Origin: Botryllus schlosseri
Lineage: Eukaryota
DNA length: 64,000 nucleotides
Assembly: GCA_051294905.1 (NCBI GenBank)
Contig: CM119372.1
Span: 2,668,001-2,732,000 of the forward strand
Direction of reading: 5' to 3'
Positions within the stretch are counted from its first letter, which is position 1, and each line of letters opens with the position of its first letter. Positions 14,123 to 25,680 of this stretch are shown here, in pieces. The position numbers and the translations under genes are program-made. The notes beneath the pieces are model-generated. The model was not told the origin of the DNA. It did not search any database and saw only the letters and a list, made by a program, of their open reading frames with translations.

Positions 14123-16929
14123 GACTGACGAAGCGACATTTCATCTGAATACAGGATACAGATTTTTTTATAATTCGGAGAGACATGTCGCTTCTAACGG
14201 ATGGAAGACTGTAACGCGCTATATTCAGTGTTGCTATGTCCTTATTTCTAATGTTTGTCCCTATTGTGAAGCACGATGACATAGAAAACTACATCTTCCA
14301 ATCTTCCATATTAATAAGATTTGTCCTTATTTTTGTTCTTTGTCCGTTCAAAGTGATTAGGACTGGGCAAAACTGATGACTTTTCTTTATAGTCATCACC
14401 GCGCAAATTGATTTTTAACCGTCTGTTTATAAATGCTAGGCTACTCTCAGTTTTTGGCTGACTTAGATTCATGTCGTTGACAGAGGTGGACTCCAGAATT
14501 CCTTTCTAAGTGTTGGTGGTATATTTAGGATCCTCCTCGCCATGTCATCCGTGAAAGCGGTGTCTTATAAAAGCATAGACCAGTGGTTCCCAACCTTTTT
14601 GGAGGTCGGAGTCGCATTTCAAACATCAGAGTATATGGGGCCGCATGAAAACGCGTAGGCGACTTATAACGAAAATTTAAAGGTGGCTTGCCTACTCCTG
14701 GATCTTACCATCCAGTTATTTCAAAAGCATGCACATAGACTTCTTTAGATTCTATATCGGTTATTTAAGCATTGATGAGCGCAGATATAGGCGAGTGCTA
14801 TACATTGAAATAAACTGAAAATACATATTGTTCAGGGATATATAGAACTCCGGGATGGCTGACTGCGTCAATTGCGTCATCGTGGTATTACCTAAGTAGG
14901 TCCAGATTCGCGCATTCAGTTTTGATGCACGTTCTGGTCAGCCGCTTCATCTGTGTGTAATTTTAAGTTTTTGATAGCGGTAGAGGCATATTATCCATGT
15001 TTATGTTCTTTTATAAAGCTAGAGGTTAACCAGGTTATGAGATGTTCAGGTAGTCTGAAACTTTGCTGTATTGGCCCTATCCCTTTTGCAGCAATTTACC
15101 GGTATACCGGTACGGTCATTTGCTCGCCTTCGGAATATCTCTGCTTCTGTAGTATCTTAAGTAACATGTTTTGCTGCGTTGATAATCGTGAGAAGATAAC
15201 AGAATGTAGAAAAATTTCCAACGTTAACATTGATATCAGCAGTAGGATTTTGATAACGCCTTGCGAGTTGCGGTATGTTTTTCATTACTTATGTTATGCG
15301 ATATTCTGTCACCATCCAAGGCTGTACATTGTACAAGTACAAGTGTACATTTACACTGTGCCGTGTCGACTATGAAGGCGACCGTTATCAGGGACTTCGT
15401 CTGTTAAGATCTTGTGCTATAGATTAACATGTGAATATGCGGGTTGTGCTGGTATTGCAGGCTTATTCCAGATAATTGCTGGATTATTCCTAGTAAGAAT
15501 TGGAGCCACTGAGTAGACTACCGGTATGCAAGATTCAAGAGGCATTTCAATCAAAGATAACCAAACATTTGAATCTAATACAAACACAACACGTCAAGGT
15601 GGTTGCAGTTGCAAGTGTCCATAACAACTGTTATAACAACTGTTGAATCCAATCTCTTATTACAGATATTATTCATCAGTTACATGTCTGATAAAACAAG
15701 GCAGGCATATGTTTGTTAACGAACGGCACCTTGATGCTACAATACTGGAATTATACTTCAACAGAAGTGCACTGATGTGAACTGCCAATAGCCGACTCCC
15801 AGAATATGGCCAACATTTGCTCTTACTGAAGCCTTGAAGATGCCCACTCGCTTGAATGGATAAGCCAACACAATCGTCGGGACAGGATACGACCCTGAGA
15901 TATGGCCTGTCTTTACCATATAAACACTCATAGCCTATAGGCTATAGGCCTATAGGATGAAGGAAGAGAAAACTCGGAAGATTTCGTCAAATCGTCGCAA
16001 TAAAGCATGGACCTCTCCTCAGTCGGCCTAAGGTAAGTTTGGCTGATTCTAGTGATACGGTATTAAATGAGGGATTTACAATCCTGATGTGGTTGAAGTA
16101 GTCAGCGTTGCTGCTCAAGTAACAGTCATATTCCCGGGGCGTACTGGTATTTAAACTTCCTCAAGTAGCAGTAGAAAGTGAAATGCCTGCAAGGTACTTT
16201 GAGTTTGGAGAAGGCTACTTCAAAATTACAAGATGTATCTTCGAAAATAGGCAACACCTACTTGAGTATTGCAATAAAGTAGAAGTTCTTCACTACTGAC
16301 CAACTCTACATACATCTATACATATTCTTAAGGTTAATTTGTGTCTCTAAATACATCATTTGTTCATTTTTGTTGCAGATTCCAGAAAAACGAACGTGAT
16401 GTTCCATCATTTGCATGACATCAACAGTGGATACTGATATATTATACTGGGCACATCCCTTGAATTCTTGGCAGAGATGGCCAAAATCTGAATATTTGGA
16501 TCTCGTGCCTCCTTACCGAGATGTTTTTTTTAAACATGGAATCATCTATCGCTCTATCGAAAAATCTGCAAGACGATGATACTGAATATTTCTCAACTGA
16601 CAAATGGCATGAAATGCTTCAGAAGGCCCTTTGTGATGTACCATTAAGCCGATGGTGATAATTTCTTCACTGCGGTCATGAAACTATTTCTAGGTGAACA
16701 AAATATCAGCTGAATTCAGCAACTGGGTCTACTGAATGCTTCTCAAACTGATAATATGTTACAAACCTCTACCCTCCGAGGCTACATTTGAACCAGTAGG
16801 GAAGTATTAATGGTGTGTTGATTTCTTGATCAACTTACATTGAGTGACGTAGAAGATGACAATGCTGCTATCACAATTTCGAGTCCTTACAGGCCGTGCT
16901 ATCTTTTCGTTATTGGAAATGCTCCATGG

Positions 16930-17263
16930 TAGGGTTGCATTTAAAACAAACGGTGAAAAAATTATGCCATAATTATGTAAATGCTTTCCAAAAAACATGT
17001 TGTATGAGCCTACGGCCGATTACCACCCGATAGCCGACTAATAACGATATGGGATGGCTGGAACCCTCAAAATAGTCGGTTCAACAGCAATAGTACAGAT
17101 ATTTCGTCAAAGGAGCTACATTTTCACTATATTTTCAATTGTCAATGTCAATCCAATATGACGTCACAATTGAATATTATTGATGTCATGGCTTCAAAAA
17201 AAATAAAAGTATGTTTTATACAAGGGCCTTGTTTTAAACATGTTTGTTTTAAATGCAACCCTA
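16930..17263. mobile_element. MITE (TAGGGTTGCATT TIR)
   Basis: Perfect TSD CTCCATGG. Confidence 0.88.
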
Positions 17264-17745
17264 CTCCATGGTAATTGTGGATTAACACGAATTGAAATGG
17301 CTGATTTAATCAATCCTATTACCCCCCCCCCCCTCTTCCCAGCTGCACGGTTTACGACAATGGCTTGTAAATAGGCAGATGACGCTGATTTAATTCGTTA
17401 TTCACTTTGTTATTTATGGCCTGATGCAGATTATATGTGTAGAAAATAAACTCATTCATGATTTACTGAAGTTCAGAGTTGTATCATTTACTTGGTTGGC
17501 TATACAACAGTGTCATACTTTACTTGGTTGGCTATACAGCAGTAAGGTTGAGATATGGGAAGAATCTCTAGCTTACTCGCTAACTATTCTGCAAAAGGTC
17601 GAGGATCATTATTCTAGAAACAGCTGTATCGCTAGCTTGCAGAAAAGTGGATATTTCGAGGTAGATTGCAGGTAACTTTTTGGACCTACTTAGGTAAAGG
17701 CCAAAAAGAAGTCAGCCATCCCGGAGTTCTATATATCCCTGATAT

Positions 17746-18004
17746 TGTTATGTTTGTGCATTCACGTTTTAGTGTCGTACAACTATTTCTTTCTATAGGA
17801 CTAGTAATTACCGCCAATCATTATTTCCTCGTGTGTCGTGCTTGTATTTATACCCTTTTTGTCTTCTGTTCTCTGTGGTCTTTCGTTTAACTGAACTCTG
17901 GATCGTGTCGCCTGTCTTAAAGTCATACTGCTGTTAATATACTGATTTCATATTGCAACCTCGTCGTATTGAGTTATTGTTCAAACAAGATCAAGAACAT
18001 AACA
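17746..18004 (+). repeat. 5' LTR (259 bp)
   Basis: Direct repeat of 23167-23424; begins TGTTATG, ends ATAACA. Confidence 0.95.
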
Positions 18005-18006
18005 AT

Positions 18007-18024
18007 TGGTGTCAGAAGTCGGAT
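18007..18024 (+). promoter_or_regulatory. Primer-binding site, tRNA-Leu type
   Basis: TGGTGTCAGAAGTCGGAT, 2 nt after the 5' LTR; near-complement of a eukaryotic tRNA-Leu 3' end (TGGTGTCAGAAGTGGGAT). Confidence 0.8.
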
Positions 18025-18097
18025 TCATAGTTATTTCTGCGACTGAGATTCATCATGCGGAGTCAATCATATTGAAGCTGCTCGAGAAGCAGCAGGC

Positions 18098-21000
18098 AAT
18101 GATGGCGAGTCTACATGAAACCATGGCCAATCAACAGGCACAGCGTCAAGAAGATATGGAGCAGCAAAAAGCTCGGCACAGAGAAGATTTGGAGCAACAA
18201 CGCGCACAGCACAAAAAAGAAATGGCGCAGTTAACGCAGAGGTTGAGTCCCGGTGCGTCAACATCTGAAGCTACCGCTCCCAACTTTGATTCGTTCATCA
18301 AATCTAAGGAGAAATGGGACCAATTTCTGCAACGATCCATCACCTAGCAATTTACGGCATTTCCAACATTGAGAAGAAAAGAGCGTGTCTACCCTCATGG
18401 GTTGGACCAGAAACGTACTCGCTCCTGCGTAATTTGTTTGGTGATGCTGATGTCAGTGCGCAAACCTTCGACGCGTTTGACTGAGAAGCTGTCTACACAC
18501 TTCAAGGACTCAATACATGTGCAAGCAGCCAGGTACGAATTTTACAATTGCAAAATACAACCGGGACAGTCATACGCCGATTGGATCGCTACTCTACGCG
18601 GAATCTCCAAGGATTGCAACTTCACATGCTCTAGAGATGGCTGTGATCAGAGCTACGTTGATGAGCTAATGCGCGATCTCATCATTAAAGAAACGCCGCA
18701 CGCGGATGTGAGACGGCATTGTCTAACACAAACCAATCCATCCCCCGACGACGTTCTCAAAGTAGCCGCAACACACGTGAGAACGCTGGAAACCGATAGG
18801 GTTATCCAGGGCGAGAGTAGCGGAAAAGACACTTCCATCATCAACAAAATGACGGGAAGTAACAAAATGACGGGAAGTTATCAGAAGGGGAAAAAACCTT
18901 CCAAATCCACCCAAGGCAATTTCCGGAAAGACTGAAATCCTGCAGCCGCTGTTTCATCGATCACCAGAGAAAATACTGTCAATATCGAGATGCAGTATGT
19001 CAGAAATGTGGTCGTAAAGGTCATATCAAACCTGTGTGCATGTCTACCAAACCTAGTATCACGCAACAGGTCACATCCATCAATTTCTGCTCAGTGCCGC
19101 TCCTCTCCTTCGACATCGATCAACTATATCGACGCGTAGGAAACCAGCTCTGGATCAACTCCAGCATCAACGGCATTCCGTTGCCGACACAGTGGGACAC
19201 TGGTGCACCCTCCGCCATGGTGGGATTGACTGGGTACAAAACTTTGGGCTCTCCGAAACTCTCCGCATACCATTGCTCTTTCGTAGCGTACGGCGACAAG
19301 CCTTTGAAAGTGAAAGGTATTTGCACTGTAACCGTGCAGGTGGGTTCCGAAGATCGAGTTGGCTTAAAATTAGTAGTTCTCGAGGAACACCGTGGGCAAA
19401 ACATTCTCGGTCTCGATTGGAGCGATGCTTTCTCCATGACCGCTAAGGGAACGTATTTCCTCGCTGATGGTCGAATCGCAATCATGTAATACTATTGACA
19501 TTTCTGATTCGAACGACAAATTGGCATCTTTTCAGTCCAAATTTCCCTCTGTTTTCTCTAATGTATTAGGACGATGCACCAAGACAAAGGTGACAATTCA
19601 CTTGAAACCTAATGCCAAGCACGTATTTAACAAGCCACGTCCTTTGCCTTTCGCAAGACAAATCGCTGTTCAAACCGAATTGGATAGATTAGTCAATCAA
19701 GGTATTCTGGAACCAATCAATTACAGTGATTGGGCAGCACCAATTGTTGCCGTCACCAAGTCTAATGGATCAGTACGCATTTGTGGTGACTTCAAAGCAT
19801 TGAATCAACAGATACAGATCGATCAACATCCCCTGCCCTCCTTAGATGAAATCCTTCACAAGTTACAGGGTGGTTGTATTTTCACGAAAATTGATCTTGC
19901 CGATGCTTATTTTCAGCTAGAATTAGATGATGATGCGAAGAATTTGTGTGTCATAAACACGCAATTCGGTCTTTTCCGTTATCGACGCATGTGTTTCGGA
20001 GTCGCATCTAGTCCCGCAAATTTTCAACGCTGTATTGATGCCATGATCGCCGGCTTACCCGGTGTTGCTAGTTCTATCGATGACATAATCGTTACTGGCA
20101 TTGATGAACGCGATCATTTTCGCAACTTATCGCTACTCTTTGAGCGCCTCACCGAATACGGTTTCACCGTTAACTTCGCGAAATGCGAATTTTTCAAAAG
20201 TAGTATCGAGTATCTTGGTCACATAATTGACAAGGATGGCAAGCGCCCGTCTAACAAATCCGTTGAAGCAATCAAACAGTTGCCTAATCCTCAGGATGTT
20301 CGCCAGCTACCAGTGTTGGGATGACTCGAGTCATGACTTGACTCGAGTCAGACTCGAGTCACTTTTTCGTATGACTTGACTTGACTCGAGTCACTTTGCT
20401 AAAATGACTTGACTTGACTTGACTCGGCGTATCAGAAATGTGGTTTGACTCGTGACTCGGAGCAAAATTCACGAGTCAATTTCAAGTCATCAAGAAATCG
20501 TTGTCGATAAAAATCACTGTATCTTGCTCGTGTTCGGATTGCTCGCGCAAGGCTGGTGTAACCCGTGATAGCGACCAATCATTCAATGATCGTGCGTTCT
20601 ACTGAGCCTCCATTGTTCTCTCACAAATATATTAATCGCAAACGAAGTGATCGAAGCTTACAGCCTATACCTTGTAAACTATAGTATTGTTTTATTGAAA
20701 TTGAATTCGAAAATAGTTTATATAGTTCTCAAGCATTGGTGCAGGCTCGAATTGTATAATATCAATTTGCAAAAGGGTAATGTATAGCACCTCATCTGTA
20801 TTTTTGCTGGTAACTATAAACTGAGGCTGTGCAATTTCTTATACGTAGTTTATTAGTTCTACATATATGTGAGCGATACAGCGCCTAACTTGCGTGTTAC
20901 TTTCGTGCGTGCGGTTCAAAATCAATGACCACTCAATCTTTATTTTAGACAGCTAGCAAAATACAATGACGTGATCACGCCTCATACCTCGAAAAGGCAA

Positions 21001-23133
21001 TTTGACTTGAATTGTGACTTGACTCGTGACTTGACTTGACTTGACTCGTCTTGACTCGAGTCACTTCCAAAAATCGACTGACTTGACTTGACTCGAGTCA
21101 CCTTCGAAAATCAATTGACTTGACTTGACTCGAGTCAAAATGTGCAATGACTCGAAATGACTCGTGACTCGAAGGTAGTGACTTGATCCCAACACTGCCA
21201 GCTACAGGCATTCCTGGGCAAAGTCAATTATTATCGCGCGTTTATTCCTAATTTCACGAATAAAGCCGCAGCCTTGTACCGTCTTCTTCAAAAAGAAGCG
21301 GAAATCATTTGGAATACGGACTGTGACGCAGCTTTTCGCATTCTCAAAAACGACATAATCGACACTACGCAGCTAGCTCATTATGATGTGAACAAGCATC
21401 CCATTTTGTCAACGGATGCTTCTCAATTCGGAATCGGCGCTGTACTCTCAATCGAGCACAATGGCGAAGAGAGACCGATCGCGAACGCATCCAAAACGCT
21501 TTCCGATTCGCAAAAATCCTACTCTCAAATAGAGAAGGAAGCTCTGTCAATCATTTACGAAGTCACTAAATTTCGTCAATTCTTGTATGGTAGAAAATTT
21601 ACGCTCGTAACGGACCACAAACCGCTTTTAGCTATTTTCTCGCCAGACAAGAAAATTCCTGTGATTACAGCGCAACGCTTACAGCGATCGGCACAGCGAT
21701 CGGCACTAACGCTCATGGCTTATCAATATGACATTCGCTATAAACCGACTAATCAGCACGGAAACGCCGACGGTTTATCTCGCCTACCAAATGGTCTGAG
21801 TTTGACGAACTGGAAATTCGTGAAAACGCGAAGATCGTTCACGCTATTAATATGGCATTCGATGGCTTACCGTTAACTCGCAATGAAATTCGCGACGCGA
21901 CGCTCAAGGACAAAACCATGAAACTAGTAAAATTATCTGTCACTCATGGTAATTGGATTCCAAAGACGCACATTGATGATTTTTCTTGGTTTTCGACTCG
22001 CAAACATTCGCTTTCTCTGCACGAATAGTCATGCTCAATATTGATGGTTTTCATCGCGTAGTAATTCCGCAGTCACTTCGCTCACGAGTCTTATCATTGT
22101 TGCACGAATGACATTGGGGTATCGCGAAAATGAAGCAGATGGCTCGACGTTACATCGCATGGCCTTCCATTAATCGCGACATTGAAAATATCGATAAGAG
22201 TTGCGACGCTTGCCGTAAGGTAATGAAAGCGCCTGATCGTCAGTATCGCGAATGGCCAAAAACTTCTGAAAGCTTTGAACGAATTCACTTGGATTTCGCA
22301 GGTCCAATGAACAATAAAATGTTTCTTGTCATCGTCGATGCGCATTCGAAATATCCTTTCGTTAAAGCAATGAATGTCGGTTCTACCACAACCTTGTGTG
22401 TGGTCAACGCTTTGAGGGAAGTCTTCTCTATCGAAGGCTTGCCCATAACAATTGTCACGGATGGCGGGCCGCAATTCACATCGAATGAATTCGATACGTT
22501 TTGTTCTAATTTGGCAATCAGCCACATCGTATCACCGTCTTTTCACCCTGCCTCGAACGGGGAAGCGGAGCGTTTCGTCCAGACTTTAAAAGCTGGATTA
22601 ATAAAAAATTGCGACGGGGGAAAAGATCTCAACTTCGCGCTCCAAACACTTCTCGCTACGTACCGATGTGCACCGCACCCGGGCATAGACTGGAAAACGC
22701 CTGCTGAGATTTTACACGGTCGGCAGCCGCGCAATTTGTTAAGTTTGTGCTCGCCCTTCGACAAATCGAAACCTGTTACGCCTAGACAATCAGTCGCTCA
22801 TTTGAGATTGGTTCCTCGGTTTACGCTCGTAGCTACCGACGCGGACCAAAGTGGGTTGCTGGCGTGGTGACGGAAATAATGGGCCGCGTGGTGTACATTG
22901 TAAAAACAGATCATGGGTATTGTAGGAGGCACAAAAACCAACTCCAACCACGCTTGATTTCAGCTGGCAGTAATACAGCCATACTGGAAGTTGTTCAACC
23001 TCAGCAACCTCAAGTTGAGCAGCCATTGGTTAGGAATAGGGCACAACGTCCTGCAGCTAATCCCGCCCGTACGTCGGGTAGACGTTATCCTCTTAGGAAT
23101 AGGAATCCCACCGATTTCTATAGACCTACGTAA
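18098..23133 (+). pseudogene. Disrupted gag-pol of the Gypsy element
   Basis: Broken into ORF pieces 18006-18347, 18369-18935, 19034-19489, 19467-20324, 21274-21876, 22130-22870, 22864-23133 by frameshifts, stops and a MITE. RT YxDD reads SIDD. Confidence 0.9.
20311..21197. mobile_element. MITE family A inserted in Gypsy pol
   Basis: TIR CAGTGTTGGGAT; perfect TSD CCAGCTAC. Confidence 0.95.
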
Positions 23134-23166
23134 ATGTGGGCAACCTCTCAACTTACAGGGGAGGAC

Positions 23167-23424
23167 TGTTATGTTTGTGCATTTACGTTTTAGTGTCGTA
23201 CAACTCTTTCTTTCTATAGGACTAGTAATTACCGCCAATCATTATTTCCTCGTGTGTCGTGCTTGTATTTATACCCTTTGTCTTCTGTTCTCTGGTCTTT
23301 CGTTTAACTGAACTCTGGATCGTGTCGCCTGTCTTAAAGTCATACTGCTGTTAATATACTGATTTTTTCACATTGCAACCTAGTCGTATTGAGTTATTGT
23401 TCAAACCAGATCAAGAACATAGCA
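23167..23424 (+). repeat. 3' LTR (258 bp)
   Basis: Differs from the 5' LTR by about 6 substitutions and 3 small indels (counted by eye). Confidence 0.95.
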
Positions 23425-25680
23425 CATATCATCGCTACAACACCGCTATATGATAGTTCTTCGGTCTTCATATACATTCCAGCAATTAATGCACACGTTT
23501 GCGAGGGATTATATGTCGAGTAATATTGGACTTATTACAAATTATACTTGACTATGAGCCGTTATTTTGATGTTAGTAAAATTGTGTCAAAATTTACTTT
23601 TCACAGAGACGATATATAAAGGTCGGTGACCAGCAGAACTCGAGATATATCCTTGTCTGACGGGTAATCAATAATCATCCATGCGTTCGACGATAATCTG
23701 CAAGAATTCTCTTTCCCAGTTTCGGAAGCGGCCTTGGACGGTTTTAAACATAACTATATCCCTCATTTTACCATTCATATACAGACATTTACTGTACCTA
23801 TTCAATATTCATAGAAACAAACACCAAATGTCGCCTATTATATTTTGTGGCATATTTAGAGGTCAATCAGAGCCGCAAGAAGGCTACCTTGGAGCCGCAT
23901 GCTTCTCTGAGAGCCGCGGTTGGGAATCACTGGCCTAGCTAGACTGATTGTGCATTGTGATTTGTGACTGTTCGGTATCAATTGAAGGAATTGCGACTTT
24001 GCAATTTACTACAGCCTCTATTATATTACCAAGTTTTACTGAATGTCATCGTCGGAATTTAACGAAGTTTGTTCAAAAAGTCGTCCCTATCTTTCACATA
24101 ACTTGTCTATAAACGCTCTGTATAGGCTACTTTTAAACAGTTTTTTATAGCAGTTGCACCATATGCCGAGTAGACCATACAATTTATATTATGACACCAT
24201 ACAAAAATACGTTTCACACTTCTAAATAAATGTAAAGTTTGATTTTATTTCTCTAATCTAATTAATGGAAATGCGCCCAAGTTCTTTCATTTCGGAATTA
24301 AGACATGAAATTCGAATGTATCTGGTGGACGGTCAGTAAACTTGCCGCGAACCGGCGGTTCGGAACCACTCATCTCGGAACCACTCATCTAAACACCTAT
24401 TGCAGCTGGTCCTAGTCCCAGTTTCAGCAGTCTAGCTTCAGTTTGCCCGCTGTACAGTTGCAGCGTTACCAAGAGCCCAGGAATGTCGGCAGAAGAGAGC
24501 AGAATATAGGATCGACAGCGAGAAGATTGCATGCTGTCACTAGTATTGGCATAAATCCACGGAATCATTCACCAATGACTTTATGTCAATGACTTAACCA
24601 CCTTGACAAAATATGAACACGAATTGTATGTTTACCGATTCCGCGTACGTAACTATTTCAGTATACGTGATTTTAATCATGCGTTTTGATGTCACCCAGC
24701 GACAATAGATGATCACGAGTCTGTTATTATTTCGAAGCATTACAGGCCCCTTTTATTTCTTTCAACTATTGTTGCACGCTAATGATAGTATGGTAATGTT
24801 TCTGATCTATCACATGATGAGCTGGAAAAAGCTCTAGCCTTCCTAAGCATCCGTATCCTACCTCAAAGAAACTTGTCTTTCGCTAAACTCATGATGTGTG
24901 TATGAGACAAACTACATCTGGAATGCCTTGGTACCAGATAGGCCTAAACTTATAAAACGTGATAAAGAAAGACTACATCAAAATTCGTTTTTCTCGTTCG
25001 TGTACAGAAATCAATCGAAAGATATTCCACAATAACGAAACACTAACAACTGTTTCAAGCGTGATTTTCCAAATGCGATGGTATTAATGAAGGCGCATCA
25101 CACAGGATTCCCTTCTATCTGAATCATAGGTTTTGTAAGGACAATATTTCGGGGGACTAGCGAATAACAGATCCGTAAATATTACAATATGCAGTTGAAA
25201 TGAATATATTAGGTTTGCAGGTAGATCCATAAGGTATATTATTACCGTTTATATCCACGTTTGTGCTACGTTATTTTCATTGCATATTCGAAATGTACCT
25301 TAACGTTCCATGTTTTAAAAAACCTTTGGCGTCATACGCCGTTTTATCCATAATATTAGTAATAATAAACTATTACACTTAGTCTATAAAATCACAGCAT
25401 AACTTATGTAATTATTCATTTTCAATTATCCCTACCTCTAACACCTTTGCCAATTCTTCATATACCGCAACTCTGCTATCTAACTCCTTCATGCATTGCA
25501 TATGAATAGCAATACGATTCTCTAACCGACATTTTTAAAGTTTTCTTCAATCTCTACATTTGCTTCCCGGGTTTTGTGCGTATTTACCATATTTACTGTG
25601 AATAAGGAACAGCATAAAAATAAGTTTATTCGGTATTATTGTTCTATATATAAAATGTATTTTTTTGCTGGTTATAGTCG

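Larger units (their letters stand above)
17746..23424 (+). mobile_element. Ty3/Gypsy LTR retrotransposon (Mag-like), full length but frameshifted and interrupted
   Basis: TG...CA LTRs at 17746-18004 and 23167-23424; PBS 18007-18024; purine tract before the 3' LTR; flanks GATAT/CATAT (5-bp TSD, 1 mismatch). Domain order gag (two zinc knuckles CSRCFIDHQRKYC, CQKCGRKGHIKPVC), protease (WDTGA), RT, RNase H (TDASQFGIGAVL, LVTDHKPL), integrase (IHLDFAG, VTDGGPQF, SNGEAERFV). Confidence 0.95.
14581..23932. mobile_element. Possible large Charlie-type hAT-bounded element hosting the Gypsy element and MITEs
   Basis: Ends cagtggttcccaacc (14581) and ggttgggaatcactg (23932); flanks GCATAGAC / GCCTAG(CTAG)AC are compatible with an eroded TSD GCCTAGAC. 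Confidence 0.5.

Noticed and set aside
17666..17890. Hydrophobic ORFs here and at 22991-23311 that could suggest an env gene
   Set aside because: They are chance translations of the LTR sequence itself.
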